A program made the translations under genes and the position numbers. Below are positions 12,907 through 25,839 of a stretch of 64,000 bases of DNA, in pieces (within the stretch, counting starts at the first letter, position 1; each line of letters opens with the position of its first letter). This DNA comes from Octopus vulgaris (lineage: Eukaryota). The stretch covers positions 130,696,001 through 130,760,000 of the forward strand of contig OX597816.1 in the NCBI GenBank assembly GCA_951406725.2, written 5' to 3'. The notes below the pieces were generated by a model, which was not told where the DNA came from, did no database searches, and was given only the letters and a program-made list of their open reading frames with translations.

Positions 12907-13434
12907 CTACCTACGTGTCTGCTCGGGTGTACAATGATAGTACACTATCACTGAACGATTTTATTGCCGCTAAACTTATTGAACATGCTAAACCTATTGA
13001 GCATTGCAGAAGAATTATGAAAATAAGATTTTAAATAGAAATAATGCTAAAATTCATCTTCAGCTGTACACACAATCCTGTAACATAAATAACAAAAGTT
13101 TTGAACAAGCAACTATATATAATACTCCATGAGCATATAAACCAACAATTTATTGTGCAAAAGCGTTAATTGCCGATTATTCAATTTCCAAAGAATATAT
13201 TGGATTAATTGAGAATTTAATCCAATTTCTTTACTGAAATATATGTGGTATTTAACAAATACTGTTAGGCAATATAAAATGATTTGGAATATAACGGACC
13301 AAAATTAACAAATAGGGTAGTCGCATTAGTCTCTCTACCTCTGACAAAATGAATGTTTTGTTTCATAAAACTTCATATACACCCAGCAATACACACATAT
13401 AGATACATACGTATATACATATACATGTAATAAC

Positions 13435-13836
13435 TATTTCTACTCGAGGCACAAGGCCTTGAGAATTTTAGGAGGAAGGGAGCTAGTCGATTACATCGAC
13501 CCCGATGCGCAACTGGTACTTATTTCATTGACCCCGAAATGATGAAAGGCAAAGTCGACCTCGGTGGAATTTGAACTTAGAATGTAGCGGCAGACGAAAT
13601 ACTTATTTCTTTACTACCCACAAGGGGCTAAACACAGAGAGAACAAACAAGGACAGACAAACGGATTAAGTCGATTATATCGACCCCACTGCGTAACTGG
13701 TACTTATTTAATCGACCCCGAAAGGATGAAAGACAAAGTCGACCTCGGCGGAATTTGAACTCAGAACGCAGTGGCAGACGAAATACTGCTAAGCATTTCG
13801 CCCGGCGTGCTAACGATTCTGCCAGCTTGCCACCTT
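13435..13836 (-). mobile_element. Family-A composite SINE (full length)
   Basis: Two core units separated by CCCACAAGGGGCTAAACACAGAG...GGACAGACAAACGGATTAAGTCGA; reversed head at about 13790-13835. Confidence 0.9.
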
Positions 13837-14909
13837 ACATGCATATATGTTATAACATACTTAACGCATGTATGTGTGCGTCTGATTCTTATTGCAAGCT
13901 TTGTGTGATGACTGATAACATTTAAGTCCATTCTATGTTAAACCTATTCACTAACAGGTGAACATTTTATTCAGCTATGATAAATAAACACCAAAACTCC
14001 CTTTCGCAATGAAAATTGTGAATCTTTTTTTCTGTGAAAGCTGTCGGTTGTTACAATCACCGACATCGAAAGTGTAAGTTTTTCGTTTCAGTAGATCAAA
14101 TTATGCTTTAGTTACCGAATTGCTATCACATCTGGTGCTTCAAATGACTCAAAATGTTGGTTTTCGGTTGTATGGATAATGTACGTGCGTGTGTATGTGT
14201 GCATGTGTATGTGTGTATGTGTGTTTGTTTTGAGTTAACTTCACGACACAAATGAAAACGAAAGTAGAAATAAACGAATAAACTAAGTGGGCCAATAAAT
14301 ATATGAAGTGATAGATAAAAAAAGCGATAAATATATATAAGATAAATAAAGGAACGGACAAAGGAGGTAAAGGCTGAAAGTCACTGGTCGTTACTTATAT
14401 TTACGTTTTCGTACATAAATGTTTGCGCATGCGTCTATGTTTGTGTGTGTATGTGGATCAGCGTGTGTTTCCTGTATGCTTGTTCTTAAGTAGCTGAACA
14501 GAGTTATTAAACATCCGCTCATCCGTGGCTTAATTACATGATAGCGAAACATCCCCTCGTTTATAGAATAATATCGTTTGGCCAACATAATGTCCTGACG
14601 CTATTATTGGAGAATATTGGCGGAGCAGTTGGTAAGAGTGGGGAAGGCGGCTGGTGGCAAGAGGGTGAAGGATGTAATAGCATAATAAAATGCGTGTGTG
14701 GTGGTAGAAGAAGAAGAAGAAGAAGAAGAAGAAGAAGAAGAAGAAGAAAGGGAGGAGAAGGGATTCAAGGTAAGAGAGAAGCGAAGAAAATATGTCGCCA
14801 AGGAAAATCAATGGAGACGGATCGTATCAGCAGACAAGAGAAAAAGGAAAGCAAGCACTTCATTTACATAAGTTCAATAATATGTGTGTGTGCGCGTGTG
14901 TGCAAGTGG

Positions 14910-14975
<66 letters not shown>

Positions 14976-15071
14976 ATATCCCCACTTGGTGAGTTATAGT
15001 AAAAAATACATAAATAACAAAAAAAAAATGCACACAATTTCTATATATTTTTATATATTTCATAAGATAGA

Positions 15072-15117
<46 letters not shown>

Positions 15118-15254
15118 GGGAGGGAGAAAGATAGATGGATAGATTGATTGATTGAGTGATTGATTGATAAAGCGACAGATATGTTTAGTGTCCGTTGTTA
15201 CTTCTGCACAGCACATGCAGACCGCCGTTAGATATTGTGTATACACACTCATAC

Positions 15255-15339
15255 GTATGGTGATTGCTCCATTTTCAGAGATGACTGCCATCTCCATGCG
15301 GTTCTTCCTTGTCAATACCATTTCTGACTTTCCCTCCAT
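15255..15339 (-). CDS. Candidate first coding exon (exon 15255-15401 including 5' UTR) of an unknown small protein
   Basis: Acceptor TTTTTTTTCTGCTTTCGAAAG| at 15402. ATG in GATCATGG context at 15339 gives MEGKSEMVLTRKNRMEMAVISENGAITI. Donor C|GTATGA at 15254 (phase 1). All three frames are closed upstream of the ATG. Confidence 0.4.
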
Positions 15340-15475
15340 GATCTCTCAGATGACTGTTCAGTCCCGTTGCAGATCAATCATTGCATCACCTTTTATTTTT
15401 CCTTTCGAAAGCAGAAAAAAAAAAGAACCCACATTTTTCTATAGTTAAAAACAGAAAAAGTCTTGGTATAATATT

Positions 15476-15675
15476 TGTTTCAGAATTTGGCACAAGGTTA
15501 GCAAATTCGGGAGAGGAGATAAGTCGATTAAATCGACTCCAATCTTCAACTAGTACGTATTTTACCGATTCCGAAACGCAAAGCTGACCTCGGCGGAATT
15601 TGAACTCAGAGTATGAGGACGGATGGAATACTGCTGAGTCCGGCGTGCCAACGATTCTGCCACCTCTCCCCTTTA
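15476..15675 (-). mobile_element. Family-A SINE, diverged
   Basis: GACCTCGGCGGAATTTGAACTCAGA...CCGGCGTGCCAACGATTCTGCCA. Confidence 0.8.
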
Positions 15676-15700
15676 AGTCTTGTCATTATGTTATCACTGA

Positions 15701-16090
15701 CAAGGCGGTGAGATGGCAGAATCGTTAGCACACCGGCCGAAATGCTTAGCGGTATTTCGTTCTGAGTTCAAATTCCGCCGAGGTCCACTTTGCCTTTCAT
15801 CCTTCCGGGGTCGATTAAATAAGTACCAGTTACGCACTGGGATCGATATAATCGACTTAATCCGTTTGTCTGTCCTTGTTTGCCCCCTCTGTGTGTAGCC
15901 CCTTGTGGGTAGTAAAGAAATAGGTATTTCGTCTGTCTTTACGTTCTGAGTTCAAATTCCGCCGAGACTGACTTTGACTTTCATCTTTTCGGAGTCAATA
16001 AATTAAATACCTGTTGCGTACTGGGGTCGATGTAATCGACTGGCCCACTCCCCTCAAAATTTCGGTCCTTTTGCCTAGAATAGAAACGAT
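15701..16090 (+). mobile_element. Family-A composite SINE
   Basis: AAGGCGGTGAGATGGCAGAATCGTTAGCAC...; two core units. Head-to-head with the copy at 15476-15675. Confidence 0.9.
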
Positions 16091-17260
16091 TATATTATCA
16101 CTGACGGTTGCTGCCGTGACACGTTATAGAATAATTAAAAGAAAATAGTGAATACTTGAAAAATCAGTGTATTAATTATAGATATCTGTATGATTGAATA
16201 TTTAAATAACCCATCTATCAATATTTAACTAAACCAATTTAAAAAAAAACACATTTAATCTTGTGTTCCTAAATCTCTTCGAGAGAGGGGCGGGGGTAAA
16301 CAAGTGAGAATGAAATGAAAGAAACAACATTTTAATAAACGTTATTTTCCTCGTGAAATTAGGCGTGTCATTCAGAAAGCCAAAGGGCCGCAATTTGCCC
16401 ATGATTGGTTTTATCGATAATTTCAATGCTAGTTCTTTATTTGGTGACTGTTCAGAATGGTAATGTAGTCCACATGTATTATATCTGGAAGAAAATTGAA
16501 TGGTTATGAGGTGGAACACTTCGTTCTCACAGTTTGGTTCAATCAGTGTTGATCCGGGGATGAAACAAAAAAGCAAAGGTAAGCATGTTTCCTTTTTCCG
16601 GCCCACTAATACTTGCTTTCACTGTTGCAAACTTATGTCTCATAATTCAACCCTTACTTAAGGGGATTAGTTTCTTTTAGAGGATCATTAGATAAGAGGA
16701 TGCTTACTATACAGGGAACAAGAAGATTTGAATAGCTTTAATTCAGTTATTTTACTACTTTCACTTGCTATAGTCTGGCAATGCTGCAGCACTACCTTTA
16801 AGGATATAGTCAATTGCATCGATAGCAATACGTATTTTATCGATCGCAACTTATTTTATAAGCATCGACAGGATGAAACACAAATTAACTTGGATTGGTT
16901 TTGAACTCAAACCATGACAGGAAATGATCAAACGCGAGAGGCATTTTATCTGCTACTCTTACGAAACTGTCATCCAGCTGCTAGTTGTGAGTTAAAGACG
17001 TTGACTTCAAGCAATTAAAGATAAATATTCAAATAGATTAATGATTTTGAACTGTTATAATCTTGTAACAAAGGCTATACATTCACGCTTGTCTCTGATA
17101 GATTATAATCTCCACCCACCTCTTAAGAATATATAAACATATATTCCCTTAGTCACATTTATACTTTAGCTTTGTCCATACTGTTATGACTACAGTCCAG
17201 AGAAAGCAGACGAAAAGTCTAGCAACAACTAAAAAGACGTACATCAAACTCAGTGTATCT

Positions 17261-17272
17261 CCAATGACGTCA
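17261..17272. promoter_or_regulatory. CCAAT box overlapping a palindromic CRE (TGACGTCA)
   Basis: CCAATGACGTCA in unique sequence next to a pyrimidine tract (17320-17380), about 1.9 kb upstream of the candidate minus-strand exon. Motif match only. Confidence 0.25.
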
Positions 17273-17570
17273 TGGTTTTTACCATGTGGTTGGAATCTTC
17301 ACAGTTAGCCATAACTCACATTTTCTCCCCTCCTCTCTCTCCTCGCTCTTTCTTCGTCTCTCTCTCCCTCCCTCTCTCTGTGAGTGCACGGGTAACTATG
17401 AGAAAGATTTATGATTTTACGCAAAAGGCAAATTTTTTCGTCAGTCAAACTGTTAAGAGTAAAGTTTGGAAAACTCTAGAAAGTATGCAGTATGCATATA
17501 CATATCTATAAGTACATACATACATACACACATACATACATACATACATACATACATACATACATACATA

Positions 17571-17902
<332 letters not shown>

Positions 17903-18739
17903 GTGCGCGCACGCACACACAAGTATGTATGCGTGATTGTATGTGTATGTGATTGTGGGTATGTATGTGTGTCAGTAAATGTGCGTATATGTATATCCAC
18001 TTATTACTCTAATCTCTAACTCTCCCCTTTCTGCAAGACCAGATTTGCTCCGTATTCTCTATCTCAATTATCTATTACGACTCAGTAATGACTAAATGTA
18101 AGTATTAGATTTCAACAGCAGCGCCTAATGAATTTTTAGCAGCATGGAATAACACGCAGGTCCCTCCCACTGACGATACGAAAGATGCAGTAGTCCAAGA
18201 AGTTAAGACCGATAGAGTTACTGGGTCACAAAATTTTGGCGATAACATGATGCAGTTCTGCCGTGTCTTGTCGAAAATGAAATGCTTTCTCTCGATTATG
18301 TAAGACTTGTATCTGATCGCCTAATACATCGCACACCTCGTTGTGGACTCCGTGAACCTAATATGTTCTATGCTGTCCCTTATCGACCTACTGCGGTTGT
18401 TATTGAAGATGTCCTGGGCGAGCTTAGCTGTTTTAATGACGTCTGACTAGGGGAATATTTCGTTCTCTTGACCGCAGATGACTCATCGCTGTCAGAGGTC
18501 CCTAGATTTACAAAACCCTGCGAGCGAAGGCCTGGCTACGGAAACTGGCGATTTCAGAATTGTTGTAGTTAGTGTCCAGAGCTACAATTACGGCGCACAT
18601 TTTTGTTTCCTACGTTAGATTTGAATTTCCATACTGATGCTGTCTATTAGACTGAAACAAAATTGAGAAATTTGGCATAACACTACTTCAGTTTATGGTC
18701 CGATAAAGTTAAATCACAAATACACATGGCCTATATATA

Positions 18740-18791
<52 letters not shown>

Positions 18792-18805
18792 TTATATATA
18801 TATAT

Positions 18806-19232
18806 AATATAAATTAGAGATAAAAAACACTTTTATGCAATTCAAACAATGATAGACATAAACCAAAACATAAATAGCAAATAAAATATATTTTTATAAC
18901 ACATATAACTAGATCACAAAATGAATAATCAATATATAATAAGTAAAAAAAATTAAATTTAATTGTAATTCGAATTGAATTATAGACATAAAACGTACGT
19001 AGTTTTTCTTACTTATTATATATTGATTATTCATTTTTATAGTTTTTGTGATCTAGTTATATGTTTTATAAAAATATATTTAATTTGTTATTTATGTTTT
19101 GGTTTATGTCTATCACTGTTTGAGTTATATAATAGTGGTTTTATCTCTAATTTATATTTTATATATTCATATTGTGAAATTTGATTTAATACAAAATTGA
19201 ATTCTTTCCTGTAAGTTTGGCGTTATACTCCC

Positions 19233-19240
<8 letters not shown>
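18806..19240. repeat. TA-embedded foldback element (about 140-bp arms starting AATTAGAGATAAAA) plus CCTGTAAGTTTGG...CCCTAATATT module
   Basis: Arms about 18806-18945 and 19010-19158 are reverse complements (ATATAACTAGATCACAAAA / TTTTGTGATCTAGTTATAT). The same two-module architecture occurs in opposite orientation at 37902-38125. Confidence 0.8.
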
Positions 19241-19267
<27 letters not shown>

Positions 19268-19270
<3 letters not shown>

Positions 19271-19396
19271 AATTAAGGATTGCTTTGGTTTTGTTGAGTT
19301 TGATCTGAGAACATAAACTTTTTGTGGAGAATGGCGATTTGACGTCTATATCTAGCATGTTGACTGTCCACTTTTCGTGTGCAGTCCTTAATTGGT
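19268..19396. repeat. Short TA-flanked element with 16-bp inverted ends
   Basis: ACCAATTAAGGATTGC ... GCAGTCCTTAATTGGT (15/16), flanked by TA. Confidence 0.6.
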
Positions 19397-19483
19397 ATAT
19401 ATAAATATTTTAATCTTCGGATTCTTTCTTTAATATGCTAGACCACTGGTTCTAATTGATAAATATCAATTTTTACCCTAAAT

Positions 19484-19547
<64 letters not shown>

Positions 19548-19844
19548 GCGCATTCACGGACTCTTACTCTCGCTCTCATACACACATTGGAAACCCGATG
19601 TAGCGAGAGAAGCCTAACTTTGAATCAACTCAGCTACTTGTACTCTTCTATATTTTAAAATCCTAACATGCCTGTATGTGGGGGTGCGCTGTGTATATAA
19701 GCCTGTGTGAGCGTGCGCACTTGTGTGCACGTGTGTGTATGTGTGTCCGTGCGTGCGCGTGTGTATGTATGCGAGTCTTTTGTGTAAAATGTTCCCAAGT
19801 AATTTGCCTGTACCAACCAATTATTTTATTATTATCAAGGTGAA

Positions 19845-20270
19845 AGAGGTGCGCTGGCAGTATCGTTAGCATGCTGGACAAAATGTATAACGACATTTCT
19901 TCCGGCATTAAGTTCTGAGTTCAAATTCCGCCAAGGTTGACTTTGTCTTTCATCCTTTCGGAATCAAGAAAATAAGTACCTGTCGAGCACATGGGTCGAT
20001 ATAATTGTCTACTCGTTACCCATATAATTGCTGGTCTTGTGCCAAATTTCGAAGAAAAGGCAGAGATCTGATAGAATCGTTAGCACATCGAAAAAGATGA
20101 GCGGTATTTCGTCTCTCCGTACGTCCAGAGTTCAAATTCCGCCGAAGTCAACTTCGCCTTTCATCGTTTCGCGATCGATAAAATAGGTACCAGTCAAGCC
20201 CTGGGGTCGATATAATCGACTATACCCGTCCTCAGCATTTTAGGCCTTATGTGTATAATAGAAAGAATTA
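19845..20270 (+). mobile_element. Two tandem diverged family-A SINE monomers
   Basis: GCTGGCAGTATCGTTAGCA...TTCTGAGTTCAAATTCCGCC occurs twice. Confidence 0.8.
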
Positions 20271-21894
20271 TCAATATCAGTATCATTATTTTTTGCAGTT
20301 AGTTTTCAGATTTTACAGTTTGGGATTTGAGCGGGATTCCATTGCGACATGTAAGAAACCAAGCAATCACGTAGAGCAAATATGAGGATCATTTTTTAAG
20401 TATCAGAAGCGAGTTGCAAGTGCACAAGAAACTGCAGAAGCATATGTACAAAGAAAATATAATTAGTCTTTCATATTACAATTTCACAGGGTTGCAAGCT
20501 TATATTAAGTTACTCTTTTGGTGTTAACATTTTTATTTCTTTTATTTTTTAGGAAAATGGGTTTTTGGAGACTTCGTCAGCAGGTGGCTTTAAATTTCAC
20601 TGAGGCTGAAATTTTGTGCATGAACAAATTGTTCCTCACCCTAACAAACAAGCTCTCTTACTGATTTGTAAAAAAAAAAATTTAAGATCATACTTAAATA
20701 TATGATGCATTGACATTAAATTGTGCTGAATAAGGAATAAAACCAAGTGAAAGATAAAAAAAAAAGCTACGATCTAAATGACGCTTATAAAAACATTCTT
20801 ACTTATTAGTCATTTCTATTTTATAATAATAATAACGGTTTCAGATTTTGGCTCAAGGCAAGGAATTTTGGAGGAGGGCACAGTTGTTATTGTTTGGCCC
20901 CAGACCAACCATGGTTGAGAAGAATTTTGATCAAAAGTATTCTAATAGTAGTCCTTTCATTAAGTGAGAATGACTAGGATATCCAATATTTTCCGTTCCC
21001 ATTTCAGATGTGACTGGAGGAAGGCTTCGGTGCTGTTTAGCAAGCCGAATGACTACGCAGGAGTTCCTTTTATCTATTTTGGTGAGGTGGGGTGCAAGAC
21101 AAGAGATTGTTTCTAGCTAAATATAGACCAGAATGTAGTTTCCATTCTCATTTGAGACCTTTTCACTCCAAGTTTACCACTAATTCACTTTTCTAAAATA
21201 TAAGCTTGTGTGGACGAAGTTATTTTGGATCCAACATTTAGTTATTCTATACATTAGCGCAACAAATGGCTGCAAATTACTTCACATCGAGATATGTTAA
21301 TTGGTGATTGACACAACAAATTTGAGAAGTGAAAATAAAATAAGAAAATTATATATATCGATAAAAACAATTTTCTCGGAGTTAAACTTAAACTCTGTGA
21401 CATTGGCCTACACCAACACCAACATCAACAGCATTTATTTAAAATAGTGATAGTTTTATTTTCCTCATAAAAAAACCATACTTACTACCTCTGTCTCTCT
21501 CTCTTATGCGCGCATATGCATATCCATTAATGATACAGAATAGCGTATTGAATGTAATGGGCGTGAAACAATTTTCTGTGTATTTTATGAAACAAGTATA
21601 ATTCCAAAGGGAATTGATGATGTATACGTGTTACGAATGAGAGTGAATACATTAGTTTTCTTACAACAGCAAGTAATGGCCACTTCATATAAGTTATTTC
21701 AGCAAAATTTGGGTAAGTATTAACATCATCATATGACCAACAGTAGTGAATTGATAGGGCAGCAGATTTCGGGTAGAGAAATACTCAATGCTTGCCCCCG
21801 GGAGTAAAAAAACAAACAAACAAAAACTAGCAAAATTAAAGAATAAATGATCATAAGTTTAAGCGTCTACAAGCAAGGGCCAGTTATTGTTGTT

Positions 21895-22100
21895 ATTTAG
21901 CTCTAGATTAGTCCTATTCGAGTAGACCTATGACCAAGGTCGTCCCAGTAGTTACCATCCGGCAATTTCTGTTTATTCTAAATTTACATCGTCAAATGTT
22001 ATCTCCCGTTTTAAAGAGGGCAGGGTGAGATTTAAAGGAAATTTGGCTACTATTTCTTGCAAGTCGAGCGACCAAGTGGAAATTTCTTCGTCTGCTCGCA
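21895..22100. mobile_element. Old unclassified interspersed repeat (family C)
   Basis: AGACCTATGACCAAGG...GGGTGAGATTTAAAGGAAATTTGGCTACTATTTC...GAGCGACCA. Related diverged copies at about 5555-5700, 10500-10680, 20895-21070, 55720-56090, 56600-57130, 61460-61620 and 62390-62520. Confidence 0.55.
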
Positions 22101-23316
22101 TTGGAATGTGTCAAATAAAATAATAAGTTTTAGGTCAACGAAGGTTGTGTTGCGGGCAGAAAAGAGGTAACAGCTAGATTGAATAGCACCTGTTTTATGG
22201 CTATTTAGTAGTTCATTATCATAGCGCTATACAAATTATCCACCGATTATAGATTCTGAATTTCTTCTCTAATAATCGTTTTCTTTTGCCCCATACACAG
22301 AGATTATGGACTCAAACTGAATTATTCATACGAAGGAAAGGTGTCTCAATAACTGCTACGGGGAAATGTTAAAAGAGGTGGTCCCAAATATATGGAGATC
22401 AGTGATAAGTGATAAAGTCTGATTGATAGCGTTTCCTGGACTACAGTAATATTGTAACATTAAGTTATATTGCTTTTATCCACCTTCATTCTGACTACTG
22501 TCGAACTTTTTACACCCCGAATTAAATTACCCTTCTACTCACTTGACTTAACGAGTAGAGCTTGAAATGCTATTATAGTTATATGCAGGAGTTATAACTG
22601 CTTCTCCCACTTTCTTCTCTTTTGTCAAACAAACCAATCATTTTAATAATCTACGCACTGATGACCATACCTACAAAGTTGTCCATGGAAAAGGAAACCA
22701 AGCAAGTGTAATACATATGTTCATCCATATATTTATAGACATTACACACACGCAAACACATTATACTGAAACACGCACACACATACATATATAAATATGA
22801 TTTCTAATTTAGCACGAGGCCAGCAATTTTAAGGTGAATAGGATTAGTCAAAACCATCGACCACCGTACATGACTGGTATTCTATTTTAATCGTCCCCAA
22901 AAGGATGAATGTCAAATTTGAACACAGAACATAAAGAACTGTAAAAACTGTTCAAGGAAATTTGCCGTGATTTTATCCGACTGTGTATTTAACTGTCGAT
23001 GCATACACCCAAACGTGTGCATCTTAAGAATGTCTGTCTGTCTGTATGCATGTATGTATGTGCATGCATACATACATTCATATATATATATATATATATA
23101 TATATACGTGTACATGTGTTGGCAGTCTGAGTTAGCCCTTAGCAACAAGTTAACAACACGAGCAGCCAATGATAACCACAGGAATAATAAACAATGACGA
23201 CCACGACGACATTATTGATGATTAGAGTCAGGAGAAGGAAAAAGGAAAAAAATGGGGGCAAGGTAACAAATAAGTAGGTAAAGAAAATTATACCGAGAAA
23301 AAAGAAGAGGAAATAC

Positions 23317-23869
23317 GAAAGTGGAGTTTAAACAGAGGGAACCAAAAATAGATCATCCTGTAACGATCAAAATTATTTTAAAGCAACGATACAAATAAAT
23401 TTATCGTGTTCTTGTTTAGTCCCAGGTTAACCTTAATAAAAGAGACTTATGACCAAAGGTCATAAGTTTAATGGTTTAATCTTTTATTTTTTCCATCATA
23501 GAATGTACCTAGGTTTCTCGTTAATGTGCATGATTTTGAACACGACAATTCTCAGCTCACTTGCAGTAGTATACCAAAGAAAATATTAGATAGCCGTATG
23601 TCATCGGATTTCTGACATCACCGGCAGTATTATTACCAAAAAGAGATAGCAAAAATATCTGTTCGTTATTGGTGAGAGGTATATATGAAGCGATAATTTA
23701 GAGTCACGTATTGTAATTCAAACTATTATTGTATGGTATGGCAAATATATATATATATATATATATATATAATCTTAATCGCTGTACATGTAACTCCTGA
23801 TATGGAAATGAGTAGTAGGTGGGCAACGAAAGATAATGAAGAATATCAAGATCTACATGTACAGCGATT

Positions 23870-23914
<45 letters not shown>

Positions 23915-24354
23915 TTGCCATACCATATAATCAATAATAGTTTGAATTACAATACGTATCGCTTCAATAAGTATCGCTTCATAGATACCTCTCACCAATA
24001 ACGAACAGATATTTTTGCTATCCCTTTTCGGTAAACATACTGCTGGTGATGTCAGAAATCCGATGACATACGACTATCTAATATTTTCTTTGACATACTA
24101 CTACAAGTGAGCTGAGAATTGTGTTAAAAATCATGCACATTAACGAGAAACCTAGGTACATTCTATGATGGAAAAAATGAAAGATTAAACCAGATGTTCA
24201 TGGCTGGTGTGCCTTTGGTCATAAGTCTCCTTTATCAAGGTTAACATGAGACTAAACAAGAATTCGATGAATTTATTTGTATCGCTGCTTTAAAATAAAT
24301 TTGATCGTTAGAGGATGATCTATTTTTGATTCTCTCTGTTTAAACTCCACTTTC
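23317..24354. repeat. About 1.04-kb inverted duplication (palindrome) with about 39-bp spacer
   Basis: Arms 23317-23803 and 23843-24354. Outer ends GAAAGTGGAGTTTAAACAGAG / CTCTGTTTAAACTCCACTTTC; inner ends TTAATCGCTGTACATGTA / TACATGTACAGCGATTAA. Each arm includes a (TA)n tract and part of a family-C repeat. Confidence 0.95.
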
Positions 24355-24694
24355 CTCTCACTTCCTACTTTTTAAAATTTTATTGAAGACTGACTTGCAG
24401 ATAGTCAGTTTGAGTACCAGTCGCACTGAGTTTGCCAACAGAGTTTACGTCTCTCGCCTGGTTAACAAATAAAATAACATTATTGAAGAAGAAGCGGATT
24501 AATAACAGAAGGTTATCTATCTCGATCTAGTTGAACCTGTTTGTTATTTGCAAAAGTTATAACATCGATTTTTCTTTGGAATAAGGCTTAAAATACAATC
24601 TTAGATATCATTAATATAAGAAAAGGTCAGTTGTGTTATCGTCGGCTTGTCTCGTTTCAAAAGATATGGAGTTCGATTTCCATCACAGAATGCC

Positions 24695-25435
24695 ATCACG
24701 AACTGGCAAAGTCGTTAGCATGCCTGACAAAACTCTTAGTGGCATTTCGTCCGTCTTTACGTTCTGGGTTCAAATGACGCCGTCTTTGAAGTTGTCTTTG
24801 CTTTTCATCCTTTCAGGGTCGATAAAATAAGTAACAATCTGGGCTCGAGGAAATCGACTTAATCCCCACCCCCCGAAATTACTGGACTTGTGCCAACATT
24901 TGAAACCATTATTTACATATGCCTATTCTACCGAGGTTGACTGTACCTTTCAACCTTTCGGATCGAAGAAATAAACACCTGTCAAGCACAGGAGCGATGC
25001 AATTGACTAGTTCCCTCCACACCAAATTTCAGGCGTCGTGTCTATAGCAGAAAGGATTATTACATATGATTTGGGCACTGAGCTGGCAAAATCGTTAACC
25101 GGAAAAAATGCTTAGTCACATATCTTCTGGCTTCATATTCTGAGTTCAAATTCTGTCGAGGTCGACTTTGCATTTCTTCTTTTCAAGGTCGATAAAGTAA
25201 GTACTTGTCAAGCAGTGGAGTCGACATCGACTCACCACTTCCCTTTAAATCGCTGGTCTTGTGTCAAAATTTGAAGCTATTATTACATATGCTTAAGATT
25301 GTGAGCCAGCAGAATCGTTAACACGCCAGACAAAATGGTTATCGGCATTTTGGCTGTCCTTATGTTCAGAGTTCTAATTCCGCCGTCGTCGACTTTGCCT
25401 TTCATTCTTTAGGGATCAATAAAGTAAGTAACATT
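24695..25435 (+). mobile_element. Tandem array of about 4 diverged family-A SINE units
   Basis: Repeated CTGGCAAA..CGTTA / TTCTGAGTTCAAATT / GTCGACTTTGC.TTTCATCCTTT blocks. Confidence 0.8.
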
Positions 25436-25450
25436 TGAAGTAAGTATATA

Positions 25451-25483
<33 letters not shown>

Positions 25484-25581
25484 CTAATGAAGGATAAAAT
25501 TTTTTTCGAAAAAAATATTCTTTTCCAAAAAAAATTTTATCAATGGCCAGCATATCAAAAAATACCTTTAAAGGTTAAATC

Positions 25582-25839
25582 TATAAACAATTCATAATTA
25601 AGGGCAAACGAAAAAATTTCTAATGCCAAATATGCCGAAAAATTGGACATATTGTCCATTAACCATATAATTTTTTCACAAGATGCACGCTACTCGAAAA
25701 AAGGTCGACAGAAATTTCTAAAACATTTTTTCGAGTAGCGTGCATATTGTGAAAAAATTATATGGTTAATGGACAATATGTCCAATTTTTCGGCATATCT
25801 GGCATTAGAAATTTTTTCGTTTGCCCTTAATTATGAATT

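Noticed and set aside
14538-14999. 153-aa ORF with poly-Arg
   Set aside because: Built from (AAG)n, (TA)n and (TG)n repeats.
18330-18360. TPRCG resembling the matrix-metalloproteinase cysteine switch
   Set aside because: Lacks the following xPD and any other MMP motif; probably chance.
24695-25435. CRISPR-like repeat-spacer array
   Set aside because: Eukaryotic context; the units are about 200-bp diverged SINE copies, with no constant short repeat and no cas genes.
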